NCBI GenBank assembly: GCA_043228905.1
Contig: JBHGNT010000010.1
Coordinates: forward strand, 16,058,001-16,122,000
Length of the DNA stretch: 64,000 nucleotides
Source of the DNA: Azolla caroliniana
Lineage: Eukaryota > Plantae > Polypodiophyta
Direction of reading: 5' to 3'
Shown: positions 36,073-49,523 of the stretch, piece by piece
Layout of the letters: each line of letters starts with the position of its first letter
Position numbering within the stretch: position 1 is the stretch's first letter
The notes under the pieces: generated by a model
Told to the model about the DNA's origin: nothing
What the model saw: the letters and a program-made list of their open reading frames with translations, nothing else
Database searches by the model: none
Translations under genes and position numbers: made by a program

Positions 36073-39000
36073 TGTTGGGAAACAGGTCCCTCTGGATGGG
36101 AAGGTAGAAGAACAATGCCGACGAACAAACTCGGCCGACCCGGTATGAACCGGATGAGGAGTACCCGACTGCGGAGAGCCGGATAGGGAGTACCCGACTG
36201 CGGAGAGTCGGATGGTGTAGACCCGGTATGAACCGGATGAGGAGTACCCGACTGCGGAGAGCCGGATGGGGAGTACCCGACTGCGGAGAGCCAGATGGAG
36301 CCCATCGAGGCTACATTTGTAAATAGCCGAAAAGTCATAATAGTATAAATATGACTTAGGGCAAACTTTTATGTAGTAAGTGGTTGTTGTTTTGTTGTGA
36401 TAAATTCTTCCTTGTTGGTGCAAGAAGAAATTAGAGCGCGTAACTGTACAGAGAGAGAGAGAGAGACGAGGTCGTAGCCTCTGTTGTAACCGCCGTCTGT
36501 GGCGAAGATCTAAGAGCACGAGGTCGTTGCCTCAGTGATCTCACTGTTGTATATTTCTGCATAGTGACAGTTTGCAGCTTGTGGGCTGCCGTGGTTTTTT
36601 CCCTTACTTTGGGGTTTTCCACGTATACCTCCTGTGTCGCGTTTCATTACCTGTTTTTTCTGTGTGTGAAAAGAATCTTGATTGTGGCCGAGCGTCGGAC
36701 ATAAAGAACGTCGAGTTCCCAAAAGTGGTATCAGAGCGAAAACGACACAGAAAAATGGACGAATCGTTTGGCGGCATGTTCAAGCTCACCGGCTCCAACT
36801 ATTCTGTGTGGAAGTCGAAGATGAGGGACATGCTCGTGGTTAAAGACCTCTGGCTGCCGGTTCAGTTCGGGGACAAGAGACCGGACAAAATCGACGCCGC
36901 AATATGGGAGGTGATGCACATGAAGACAACAGCATACATACGGTGCTTCATCGACATGAGCCTATACAACAACTTCAATGAAGAGAGCAAGGCTCATGAG
37001 CTCTGGGAGAAGATCAGCATGATGTTCCAGAAAAAAAGTGCTGTCAATCAGGCGTCGGTATTCCGGAAGCTTGTAAGACTCCGGTACCAAGATGGCTCCA
37101 GCATGGCGGAGCATTTGAATGCCTTCCAGGGGCTGATTCACCAGGCAACGTCATTGGAAGTACCTCTTGCCGATGAGGTCCTAGCGCTACTCCTGCTCGG
37201 CTCCCTCCCGGATAGCTGGGAGACGTTGGTTGTTACTTTGGGCAACGCCGGGCCGGAAGGAAAACGGCTATCCCTAGCAAGAGTAAAGTCGAGCTTGCTA
37301 GATGAGGAGGCTCGTCGGAAAGACAAAGATACGAGCTCCGACTCCAAAGCGCTCCTTACCGAATCGGAACGCGGAAGACATAGAAACCGTAGTCCCCAGG
37401 ACCGGGAGAAGTCGGGGACACGGTCAAAGTCAAGGGGGAGGCCCACTTGCTTCTATTGCGGCAAGCCGGGACACTTCCAAAAGAACTGTCGGCATTTTCG
37501 TAAAGACAAGGAAACCGACGGTACCGATTCGAAGCAAACCCCGAACCGGAACGGTACAGACCGGAACGGTACGAACCAGAACGGTAAAGATCGGAGGGGG
37601 CCGGACCGGAAGGGAACGACGGCAATTGCGGCAAGTGAAGAGGAGTTGATGCTCATCACCGAGGAGAGTGAGATAAACCATGCCGGCGATGAGATGACCT
37701 AGGTGGTAGATTCCGGAGCGTCGTTCCACCTTACCCCGGACCGGAAATGCTTCTCATCCTACTCAGCCGGTGATCACGGCTGTGTCCGGATGGGGAATGA
37801 AGGAACGTGCCGAATTGTCGGCATAGGAGACGTGTGGCTAACAACACCAACCGGATGCATGCTGCTACTGAAGGATGTCCGACACGTTCCGGAAGTTCGT
37901 CTGAACCTGATATCAGCCGGTCGGCTAGATGATGAAGGCTACACGGGTAGCATCCGGAACGGTGTCATGAAGTTCAGCAAAGGGAGCCTGATTGTGGCTC
38001 GGGCCCGGAAGGTAAACACACTGTACCTGATGAATGCCCGGTTATGTCCGGAAGAAGTGAACGTGACTTCCGACAATGCCGGTGAGCTGTGGCACAAGAG
38101 GTTATGTCACATGAGTGAGAAGGGGATGAAGAGGCTTGGAGACGACAACCTCATTCCAGTGAAGAACGTGCACTTAGAGAAGTGAACTGATTGTCTGGCC
38201 GGTAAGCAGAACCGGACCTCCTTCCGACCAAGGCCACCGATGAGACGTAATGCACCACTGGAGTTGGTGCATACGGATGTTTGTCAAGTAGACACGAAGT
38301 CACATGCCGGAGCACAGTACTTCGTGACGTTCATAGATGACCACAACCGGAAGCTGTGGGCCACACCGCTGAAGACGAAGGATCAGGTGTTATCCGTCTT
38401 CAAAGAGCTCCACGCAAGAGTGGAAAGAGAAACCGGCCGGAAGCTGAAGGCGGTTCGAGGAGTACTGCCTCTCGAAGGGAATCCGGCTCGAATTTACCGT
38501 GCCGAAGACGCCGGAGCTAAACGGACTGGCCGAGAGGATGAACCGGACCATAATGGAGAGGGTCCGGAGTATGCTAGCGCATGCAAAACTACCCAAGAAG
38601 TTTTGGGCTGAGGCACTGTCGACGGCGACATATGTGATAAACAGATCACCCTCAGTACCCCTGGACGGAGACACGCCACAGAGAGTATGGACCGGTAAGG
38701 AAGTGTCCTACCGGCATCTAAGGGTGTTCGGGTGTCTCGCGTACGTGCATGTAGCAAAGGACCGGAGAGGAAAGCTAGATCCAAAGACCCGGCCATGCAT
38801 ATTCCTCGGTTACGGTGACGATGAGTTCGGCTACCGAGTGTGGGACCCGGTCGACAAGAAGGTATTCCGGAGTCGAGATATTATCTTCATGGAGGACAAG
38901 ATGCTCGCCGACTGGGAGTCGGAGAAGAAGATAGTGAACTCCGAGTCGACCGGTAAGGATAGACTCTACAATGAGCAGACCCAACCGGCAAGAGACCGGT

Positions 39001-41553
39001 TAGCACTCGAGGAACCAGCCGGTTATGGTGAGGATACCGAACCGGCAGAAGAAGAAGTAGAGGAAGCTGAGACCGGAACCGGTCAAGATCCCGAATCGGA
39101 TTCGGATGAAGAGCAAATGGAGGAACCGATTACCGAAGCCCGAAGTCGTAGATATCCTCTCAGAGAGAGAAGGGCGCCCCGGAGATTTCCGGATGCAGAG
39201 CATGTCCTGCTAACCGATGAGGGGGAGCCGGAAAGCTTCGAAGAAGCGAAGGAAGACACCCACATCCGAAAATGGTTAAGTGCCATGCAGGATGAGATGG
39301 ATTCCCTGCATGAGAACCATACGTACGAATTGGTGGAGCTGCCGAAAGAAAAGCAGGCACTCCGAAATAAGTGGGTGTTCAAGTTGAAACCGGGAGATGC
39401 CGGCAACCCCCCGAGATACAAAGCCAGGATCGTGGTGAAGGGGTTCCAGCAGAAGAAGGGCATGGACTTCGACGAAATATTCGCCCCGGTAGTAAAGATG
39501 ACCTCGATCCGGACGGTGCTCAGTATAGCAGCAATCATGGATCTCGAGGTAGAGCAGCTAGACGTGAAGACGGCATTCCTCCACGGCGACCTCGAAGAGG
39601 AAATCTACATGCAGCAACCGGAAGGATTTGTGGAGAAAGGGAAGGAGCACCTGGTATGCCGGTTGAAGAAGAGCCTGTACGGACTGAAGCAGGCTCCCCG
39701 GCAATGGTATCGGAAGTTCGACTCCTTCATGACCGATCAAGGGTACCACAAGACGCAGGCCGATCACTGCGTGTTTGTGAAGAAGTTCGAAGGAGGGGAC
39801 TTCCTGATACTCCTCCTGTACGTGGATGACATGTTGATCGTCGGACGAGACCAAGGCAAAATACGGATGCTGAAGAAGGCTCTCAACCGGACCTTCTCAA
39901 TGAAAGACCTGGGTCCGGCAAGACAGATGTTGGGGATGCACATCATTCGGGACCGGTCAGTGAAGCAACTATGGCTGTCACAGGAGAAGTATGTGACAAA
40001 GGTGCTTCACCGGTTCAACATGTCAGATGCAAAACCGGTCGGATCGACACTACCGGCAAATTGCAAGTTGTCCGGCAAGCAAAGCCCGAAGACAAAAGGA
40101 GAGAAGGCAGATATGATGAAGATTCCATATGCCTCTGCCGTCGGGAGCTTGATGTACGCAATGGTTTGTACCCGACCGGACATTGGATACGCAGTCGGAG
40201 TGGTGAGCCGGTTCATGAGCAATCCCGGCAAGGAGCATTGGAACGCGGTCAAATGGATACTCCAGTATTTGAAGGGCACTTCAAATATGTGTCTCCAATT
40301 CGGCTCCGGAAAACCTCAACTGGACGGTTTCACTAATTCGGACATGTCGGCTGATGTGGATACCAGCCGGTCTACATCCGGGTATGTGATGACATATGCA
40401 GGGGGAGCTGTTTCGTGGCAGTTGAGGCTGCAGAAGACGGTTGCATTGTCAACCACAGAGGCGGAGTACATGGCGGCTGTAGAAGCCGGCAAGGAAATAT
40501 TATGGATGAAGGACTTCATCGGAGAGATCGGTATCCGGCAAGAGGAATACCGACTCTACTGCGACAGTCAAAGTGCCATCCACCTTGCTAAGAATGCGGC
40601 CTACCATTCCCGGACGAAGCATATCCAGCGGAGGTATCACTGGATCCGGGAAAGGGTAGATGACCAGGAGTTCGCACTTACGAAGATCCACACGGCCGAG
40701 AACGGGTCAGATATGCTGACCAAAGTGCTGACACCCGACAAGCTTGACGCATGCCGGAAGAGGATCGGGCTGAAAAGACACCCCATGCCGGAGTGAAGGG
40801 GGAGTTTGTTGGGAAACAGGTCCCTCCGGATGGGAAGGTAGAAGAACAGTGCCGACGAACAAACTCGGCCGAGGCCGACAGGCCTCGGCCGACCCGGTAT
40901 GAACCGGATGAGGAGTACCCGACTGCGGAGAGCCGGATAGGGAGTACCCGACTGCGGAGAGTCGGATGGTGTAGACCCGGTATGAACCGGATGAGGAGTA
41001 CCCGACTGCGGAGAGCCGGATGGGGAGTACCCGACTGCGGAGAGTCGGATGGTGTAGGCCCGGTATGAACCGGATGGGGAGTACCCGACTGCGGAGATCC
41101 GGATGGAGCCCATCGAGGCTACATTTGTAAATAGCTGAAAAGTCATAATAGTATAAATATGACTTAGGGCAAACTTTTATGTAGTAAGTGGTTGTTGTTT
41201 TGTTGTGATAAATTCTTCCTTGTTGGTGCAAGAAGAAATTAGAGCGCGTAACTGTACAGAGAGAGAGAGAGAGACGAGGTCGTAGCCTCTGTTGTAACCG
41301 CCGCCTGTGGCGAAGATCTGAGAGCACGAGGTCGTTGCCTCAGTGATCTCACTATTGTATATTTCTGCATAGTGACAGTTTGCAGCTTGTGGGCTGCCGT
41401 GGTTTTTTCCCTTACTTTGGGGTTTTCCACGTATACCTCCTGTGCACCATTTCTCCTCTTTTGTGTCGCGTTTCATTACCTGTTTTTTCTGTGTGTGAAA
41501 AGAATCTCGGTTGTGGCCGAGCGTCGGACATAAAGAACGTCGAGTTCCCAACA
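36073..41553 (+). mobile_element. Copia family C copy C3, full length
   Basis: LTRs 36073-36723 and 40807-41553; TSD CTTCC; PBS at 36726; PPT near 40795-40804. Confidence 0.96.
36755..40796 (+). pseudogene. C3 gag-pol (Tto1/Tnt1-like) with stops at 37700 and 38183 and a deletion near 38458
   Basis: CFYCGKPGHFQKNC, VDSGASFH, HTDVC, YVDD, SDMLTK. Confidence 0.92.
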
Positions 41554-41841
41554 CTTCCGAAACCGTAACCGGCCGGTGAGGGTTTCGCACTTCGTCCGCC
41601 CCGTCTTACCGGCTCCCTATCCGCTACCTCGTGTCTTCCGCGTAGTCGGGTCCCGTCTCCCGCCGCCACCAACCTTCTCTCTCGGTCTCATGTTGCCACG
41701 TTGGCGGAACTGCCAAAGTCTCTGGTTAAGTGTGGGGATCCCTTAGGACCGGACCTCCTTATGCCCACTGACCTTGCCGGTAGGTCCGATTTGGTTCGTG
41801 GCCGCCTCGCCGGCCTGTTACCTCCTTGCCGTTCGTCGCCT

Positions 41842-42395
41842 CCTATCGTCCGATCACGTTCACCTGCCGCCACCGTCCTCTCCTATAGGACTCACGCCGG
41901 CACTCGGGCCGACTGCCGGGTCGGTGTGAGGATCTTCGTGGTACCTCCCATCAGCAGTTCCCTCGCCTTCATCCCCTTTCCGCCACCGATCACCACTCTA
42001 GGTCTCACGTCCGCTCTCGGGCCGACCGCCGGAGTCTCTGGAACCGGTGTGAAGGATCCTCCCTGGGCTCATCGTATCCTTGACCCTTATCCCGGGTCTT
42101 TCTTTCCTTCACAAGCCGAGAGGGAGGCTCGCTCCACACCCTCTCCCGTGGTACCGACGTACCGTGTTCTCGGCCTCTTCGTAGGCTTGCTCTCTTCCTC
42201 CCTCCCGGAACGGTTATCCGGGAGTCCGCTCCGCCCGGTTCTCGTCCGGGTCCGTCTGTCATTCTTCGGATTGCCGGATCCCGTTCTCCTGTCGCCCGAT
42301 CACGTTCACCTGCCACCACCATCCTCTCCTATAGGACTCACGCCGGCACTCGGGCCGACAGTCGGGTCGGTGTGAGGATCTTCGTGGGACCTCCC
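41842..42395. repeat. About 105-bp direct repeat (41842-41949 and 42288-42395) inside H, with partial further copies
   Basis: CGATCACGTTCACCTGCC...GGACTCACGCCGGCACTCGGGCCGAC...GTGAGGATCTTCGTGG present twice. Confidence 0.85.
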
Positions 42396-43764
42396 CTTCT
42401 AATTCCCGACCTTCGCACGGTCGGTCTTTCTCCCCATGTAAAAGAGGGTGGCTCGTCCCGCACCCTCTTCCGTATCGGCACCTTCATGCCGAACCCGGCC
42501 TCGGTCGAACAATCCACGACCGTATTACGCTCCATCCGAATCGGAATGCCGATCTTCCCGTGCCGCCTCCATCCTTGGCCTTTTCGCAGGCCATTTCCCA
42601 TCCATCTTCGCTGGCATCGTGCCAGGACTCCTCGGTGCCGCCATCCATCTCCTCGGTCCTGCATGGGCATACGGGCCCGAACGCCGAGTTCTCCGGAATC
42701 GGGTTCGAGGGCTTTCATCCACTCCTTCCCCGTATCGTCTCGCCGGTGATTCTCGGTCTCTCGCCGCCGCCTTCCTCCTCTTGGGACTCACGTGGGCACT
42801 CGGGCCCGACTGCCATCGTCTCGGGAGCAAGTGTGGGAAGACACAAAGAATCGCCCGTCCGTTTTACGCCCTTGTCCGTAGCCACCGACTCTTCGTGGTC
42901 GACAGTCGTCTTCTTACCGATCGCGCAACCCCGCCTGCACTTGCTTCTCCGATTCCCAGGGTTTCGGGCTGACACGCTCGAAACCGTTGGTCCCAACGTT
43001 CCGATCCCGCGATCGGTATCTCGGCCTCGTCCTTGGTCGTTCTATCTCCGCAAGTCGAGAGGGCGTTTTGTTCCACACCCTCTCCCGTGGTACCATCGTA
43101 CCGATCTTCCGTCATCGCGTGGGGCAGGTCCGTCTCCTCGGTCTTGGCTTGCGGCCTCGATATTTCCTCTTCCTCGAGCCTCGCCTCGAGAGCTGCGTAC
43201 GCCTTCGCAATCCTGGCCCCAACGCTGACCCTCGCCGACTCTCTTTGCCGTTCGGCCTCTTCCCGTTGTGATGGCACGCCGTCGCGCGCCTTCCTCTTAG
43301 CCTTCTCGGCTCACTTGTTGTCTAGTCGTTGGCCCACCCTTCCGACCTTCGACCAGTCCTCCGTAAGCCTTCAGGAGCGCCTCTTCGAAGGCCTCCCACG
43401 AACTATGAGCCTCACTGAGCTCCTTTACTTCCGCATGCATACGGACAGCTATGACCCGATAGAAGAACTCTAGCCTCAACTCCACTCGCGGCGACTCCAA
43501 CACCACTTCGGCCACCATCACCGCGAGGTCGTCGTTTTCCGACTCCATCCTCCCTTGCCGCCTTTCACGTCGGGTTCACCAAATATGTCGCGTTAATATG
43601 CGCGTGCGTGGAGAAAGGTGGGACCACGGGGGTCTTGGACTAGACGGAGCATAGGATGTCGTACTTCACCGCTTCCGGGGCATCCCAGAAGCACACCAGA
43701 AGCAACCGAAAGGGAGAGAGAGAAAGAGAGAGGGAGCGCGCGCTTAACACTGACTCACGCACGC

Positions 43765-43798
<34 letters not shown>

Positions 43799-44360
43799 CG
43801 ACCCGACTCATGCCCTTATGTACAGGAAACGCAGGAAAGGGGAACCACCCGACACCAACAGAGACGCGAATATACACAAACAGACGCAAATGTATATATA
43901 AAAGAGGAAGAGTACATTCCCGGCTTCGAGCCGGACCAAGGTAGGTTACAGTAGTCGTCAGTTGCCAAGCCGTCGGTCGGGGAGCTCACGGGCTTGTCGC
44001 GCCGAGCGGGGTCTTGTGCAGGAGACGAGCTGAAGCAAACCCTAAGCAAATACGAAGGGGGGAGAAGAAGAAGAAGTGTAACTAACCCTAAATCTAACGG
44101 TATACCCTCTAACGCAAAATGGGCAACCCCTTCACAAAGGGCGCTCCTTTCCTTTTATAGAACAAGGAGAGAGATGCGTTACAATGTGGGATAAATCTCG
44201 ACTTACAGGGGATCGTCTGTCCCGACTTGACTACTCTTCGGCGCCATAAAGGTGCCCTCGTTATTCACACGAAATGTACAAGGGTGAGCACACATGCCGC
44301 ACCCCGCCGATGTAGCCAATGTTTCCCGGTTTCCGCCTATGGCCGAAATTCTTCATGACA

Positions 44361-45955
44361 CCGTTGTCCAGCACTTTGGTCTCCATCCGTGCCGCCATGA
44401 TGTACGGCTCTCCTAGTATAACCGGATGCGAGGATGTCTCCTGCACAAAGAAGTGTTGGTCGAGCTTGCCATCTCCAATTTTCACCCGTATGTTTGGACA
44501 GGCTCCATGTAGTTCTTCCGTGGCACGCGTCGCTGCCCGTATTTTCCAGTCATGCTTGGTGTTGATCGGCCATTTACCCTTCTTGTAGAAATCCATGGAC
44601 ATCAGGTTGATTTCGGATCCATGGTCTACCAACGCCACCACCGGTTCCGGAACATTGCCGATCCATACAAGGGTTTCCGAGTTGCCCTGGCCCAATGCGG
44701 CTTCGTGTAGTGGCTTTCCGCCAACTCGTCTTCTAGGGCCGCGTCTTCCAAGTGCGTGGTCCGCACCTCCACCGGCTTCTCCGGTTCCGGCTCCGTCGAG
44801 AGCCTCTTCCGCTTCACCAAGTCTACGATGGAGTCGTGGAACTCCCTCTTGGCGATTCCTAGCACCTCCCGCAACGACAACTCCACTTTACTGTCGAGGA
44901 TACGTTCCTCCAGGACCTTTCACAGGTCTATGGTCCTTTCTATTTCGGTGCTCAACTGAAACCCCGCCTGCTTCTTTCCGTCTGGCGCGCCTGGGTTGCC
45001 GGCACCGGTCGGTTTCGGTCTGAACCGGGTCTCATACCTTTGCTGGGGACCGACCCCTCCGGCCTTTCCTGCCCGTTTGTCCTCCACCAGAACCTCGTAG
45101 TGCTGGCAAGCGGCTTCTACGAAGCCCGTTTTCTCTTCGACCGGATCGTCCCAACCGGTGACCTCCTGGACCCTCTGCTCTGCGCGGTCCGCCTCTTCCT
45201 TCTTCAGCCGAACTCCGGAGAGGCCTTCTACCACTAGCAGCCAGAATCCGGAGTCCTTTGCCTTCCGGGTCTCATCACCCCCGACCCAAATTCCCGCCGA
45301 CACTTAGTAGTTAACAACTTCAACGTGTCGTGCCGCGGCCTCTTCCATCAACCTCTTCATTCCGCCTCGCCCCCTATTTAGTTTTAGGGCTCTCCAGGTC
45401 TCGCTCGCGTGCACCCGCCCGTTCCAGAGGTACACCACGTCGGTCCTGAGCGCGTCGGTGAAATCCGCGCAATCCTTCTGAATGTGACCAATCACGTCAC
45501 ACCACATGCACCACTGCCCAGTCGGCGGCCCCCAATTGCGAGGTCGTTCGCCGCTATCTCTCCGGGCCTGTGCGATCTGCAAGTCGCGCACCATCTGTGT
45601 CAGCTCCTCTAGAGCCGCTCCTCCGGATGGGCCTTTGACCACGTCCTTCGATGCCGACCCCGACTCTGGCCAGATTCGGGTCTCTTCCTTCCTACCAGCC
45701 GGCACCGATACCGGCTCCTCGAGCCTCCTCCCCGGGACCGGCCCTGACCCCAACGAGCTTCCATCGCTCCAATCGCGCCGTTTGTCAAAACGGCTGCAGA
45801 CTCGTTTTACCACGGCCTAGTCTGCCGTGAGCCCTTCGTCCGTTTCCAATACGGGGCCCACCTTTTCCCTGTCGAGCGCGTCCACCGACTTGACAAACAA
45901 TAGTACCTTACTCGTTTCGAGCACCGTCCGGTCCAGCGTCGAAAGCCACGCAAAC
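44361..45955 (-). pseudogene. gag: G gag-protease remnant
   Basis: CMWCDVIGHIQKDC and LVDHGSEINLM; colinear with A2 ORF1. Confidence 0.88.
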
Positions 45956-46026
45956 CGTTTTTCTTCACGACACTGGTGAGTTGTGGCACAAGAGATTGTG
46001 TCACATGAGCGTGAAGGGGATGAAGA

Positions 46027-46751
46027 TGTTGGGATTTCGGTCCCTCCGGATGGGATGTCCGGAGATGAATGACGGCAAGCCCGGTTGCGGTTACGGAGCC
46101 GGATGATGAATACCCCGGCTACGGAGCCGGATGACGAAGACCCCGGTTACGGAGCCGGATGATGAAGACCCCGGCTACGGAGCCGGATGATGAATACCCC
46201 GGCTACGGAGCCGGATGACGAAGACCCCGGTTACGGAGCCGGATGCTGAAGAACCCCGGTTACGGAGCCGGATGATGAATGTACCCGGAGAGAGATCCGG
46301 ATGCGGGGACATATTTGTGAATATGTTTTCCAAGAGCCCTTGAGGCTTTATTTGTAAATAGCCCGAAAGTCATATGTGTATAAATATGACTTAGGGCAAA
46401 CAGTTTAATAGTTGTTGCTCATTTTCTGTTTTCCACTAAGAGGGAGCGAAGTGAGAGCAGCCGAGAGAGAGTGAGAGAGAAGGAGGAAGGAAGAGGTCGA
46501 CGCCTCTGTGTAATACCGCCGCCTGTGGCGAGGACAGCGAGCTCAAGGTCGTCGCCTTGCAGCTCGCCATTGTACATTCCCGCGTATAGTGATAGTTGGA
46601 GTCTTGCACTCCCGTGGTTTTTCCCATTTAGGGTTTTCCACGTAAAACATCCAGTGTGCCCTTCTCTCTATTGTTTTCGTGCATTGGTGTATTTCCCGTT
46701 TTCTGTGAATCGATCCTGTTCCTCGGTTGTGGCCGAAGGGAAAGCTCGACA
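46027..46751 (+). mobile_element. Solo LTR of a copia C-related subfamily, with about 7 x 28-bp U3 repeat (46080-46280)
   Basis: TGTTGGG...CGACA; TSD GAAGA; shared TATA block GTATAAATATGACTTAGGGCAAAC. Confidence 0.92.
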
Positions 46752-49523
46752 GAAGAGGCTTGCCTATGACAACCTCATTCCGGTGAAGAACGTGCATCTT
46801 GAGAGGTGCACCGACTGCCTAGCCGGTAAGCAAAACCGGACCTCCTTCCGATCGAGGACACCGATGAGACATAATGCACCACTGAAGTTGGTGCATACTA
46901 ATGTGTGTCAAGTGGACACGAAGTCACATGCAGGATTGTAGTACTTCGTGACGTTCATAGATGACCACAGCAGGAGGTTGTGGGCCACACCGTTGAAGAC
47001 AAAGGATTAGGTGTTATCCATCTTCAAGGAGCTCCACGCAAGAGTGGAAAGAGAATCCGGCCGGAAGCTGAAGGTGGTTCGAGCAGATAACGGAGGAGAA
47101 TACCGGGGGCAGTTCAAGGAGTACAGCCGCTCGAAGGGAATCCGGCTCGAATTTACCGTGCCGAAGAGGCCCGAACTAAACAGGCTGGCCGACAGGATGA
47201 ACTAGACCATAATGGAGCGGCGGGTCCGGAGTATGTTGGTGCATGCAAAATTACCCAAGACATTTTGGGCTGAGGCACTGTCAACGACGACATACGTGAT
47301 GAACAAATCACCCTCAATACCCTTGGACGGAGATACACCGCAAAGAGAATGGACCGGTACGGAAGTGTCCTACCAGCATCTGAAGGTGTTCGGGTGTCTC
47401 GCGTACGTGCATGTTTCTAAGGACCGGAGAGGAAAGTTGGATCCAAAGACCCGGCCATGCATATTCCTCGGATACGGCGATGATGAGTTCGGCTACCGAG
47501 TGTGGGATCCAGTTGACAAGAACGCTTTCCGGAGCCGAGATATTATCTTCATGGAGGACAAGACTCTTGTCGACTGGGAGTCGGAGAAGAAGATAATGAA
47601 CTCCGATGAAATTCGGACCCACCCGGCTAAGAGCCAGTTGACACTCAAGGAACCAGTCGGTTACGGTGAGGATACCGAACCAGCAGAAGAAGAAGTAGAG
47701 GAAGCTGAAATCGGAACCGGCCAAGACCCCGAATCGGATTCGGATGAAGAACAAATAGCGGAGCCAGTTGCCGAAGGCCAAAGACAGAGATATCCTCTCA
47801 AAGAGAGGAGGGGCCCCCGCAGATTTCCGGATGCAAAGCATGTGCTGCTGACCAATGAGGGGGAGCCAGAAAGCTTCGAGGAAGCTAAAAGTGATGCCCA
47901 TAGCCGCAAATGGTTAAGTGCCATGCAAGATGAGATGGATTCCCTGCATGAGAACCATATGTACGAATTGGTGGAGTTGCCGAAAGGAAAGCGGGCACTC
48001 CGAAACAAGTGGGTGTACAAGTTGAAATCGGGAGATGCCGGCAACCCCCCGAGATACAAAGCAAGGATCATGGTGAAGGGGTTCCAGCAGAAGAAGGGCG
48101 TGGACTTCGACGAGATATTTGCGCTTGTAGTAAAGATGACTTCGATCCGGACGGTGCTGAGCATAGCGGCAAGCATGGACCTCGAGATAGAGCAAATGGA
48201 CGGGAAGACGGCATTCCTTCACGGTGACCTCAAAGAGGAGATCTACATGCAGCAACCGGAAGGATTTGTGGAGAAAGGGAAGGAGCAACTTGTTTGCCAG
48301 TTGAAGAAGAGCCTATACGGACTAAAGCAGGCTCCCCAACAATGGTACCAGAAGTTCAACTCCTTCATGACCGACCAAGGATATCACAAAACGCAAACCG
48401 ATCACTGCGTGTTTGTGAAAAAGTTCGAAGGAGGCAACTTCCTGATACTCCTTCTGTACGTGGACGACATGTTGATCGTCGGACGAGACCAAGACAAAAT
48501 ACGAATGCTGAAGAAGGCTCTCAACCGAACTTTCTCAATGAAAGACTTGGGCCCGGCAAGACAGATACTGGGGATGCACATCATCCGGGATCAGTCAAAG
48601 AAGCAATTGTGGTTGTCACACGAGAAATACGTGACAAAGGTGCTTCAGCAGTTCAACATGTTAGAAGCGAAACCGATCGGATCGACACTCCCGGCAAACT
48701 GCAGACTATCTGGTAAGCAAAGCCCGAAGACTAAAGCAGAAAAAGCGGATATGGTGAAGGTTCCATATGCCACTGCCGGCGGGAGCTTAATGTACGCAAT
48801 GATGTGTACTCGACCGGATATTGGATACGCAGTCGGAGTGGTAAGCCAGTTTATGAGCAATCCCGGCAAGGAGCACTGGAACACGGTCAAATGGATACTT
48901 CGGTACTTGAAGGGCACTTCGAATATGTGTCTCCGATTCGGCTCCGGTAAACCTCAACTTGATGGTCTTACCGATTTAGACATGTCGGCTTATGTGAATA
49001 CCAGTCGGTCTACATCCGAGTATGTAATGACATATGTAGGGGGAGCTGTTTCGTGGCAGTCGAGGGTGCAGAAGACGGTTGCGCTATCAACCACGAAGGC
49101 AGAGTACATGGCGGTTGTGGAAGCCGGCAAGGAAATATTATGGATGAAGGACTTCATCGGTGAGCTCGGTATCCGGCAAGATGAATACCGGCTCTATGTT
49201 ACCGGCCGGCAAAGGAGTCCAGAGTGTGAAACGGGGAGTTATTTAATTAGTAGGAATGGTTGTAAGTAAGCTATGAGTGTGGACGGACGGACCGGAATCG
49301 GTATGCCGTTCCGGATCCGAACCGATCCCGAACAGGTGCGGATGGCACCGTTTTGTAATATAGACCGGAAACCTATTTAAAGGCCCGGATACAATGTAAT
49401 GAACAGCGGTTAATTAATAAAGCTTAGTGTTGTTATCTCTCTGTGTTAATTACCGTTCTGCATTCATTGTTATATCTTACGTGTGTGATTATTAAAGACG
49501 ATCATGCTAAGTAACCTAATTAA

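Larger units (their letters stand above)
34197..44360 (-). mobile_element. Non-autonomous family A element H (no pol)
   Basis: LTRs 34197-34972 and 43586-44360; TSD CCGT; perfect Trp PBS 43564-43581; family PPT at 34973; about 3.1 kb internal region with only a gag-like start. Confidence 0.92.
29784..45972 (-). mobile_element. Family A copy G; 5' LTR, PBS and gag start deleted except for about 18 terminal bp
   Basis: TSD CCGG/CTGG; 3' LTR 29784-30575; PPT at 30576; pol 30645-34081; gag-PR 34072-34196 plus 44361-45955. Confidence 0.9.

Noticed and set aside
35199-43473. Many 100-300 aa overlapping ORFs in H and antisense to pol genes
   Set aside because: Expected from GC-rich, stop-poor sequence and shadow frames; no domain motifs.
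43564-43581. Possible tRNA-Trp gene
   Set aside because: Only the 3' 18 nt including CCA match, next to an LTR end: this is a PBS.
46080-46280. CRISPR-like appearance of regular repeats here and in the C3 LTRs
   Set aside because: Units are contiguous tandem repeats without unique spacers, lie inside LTR U3, and no cas genes are present.
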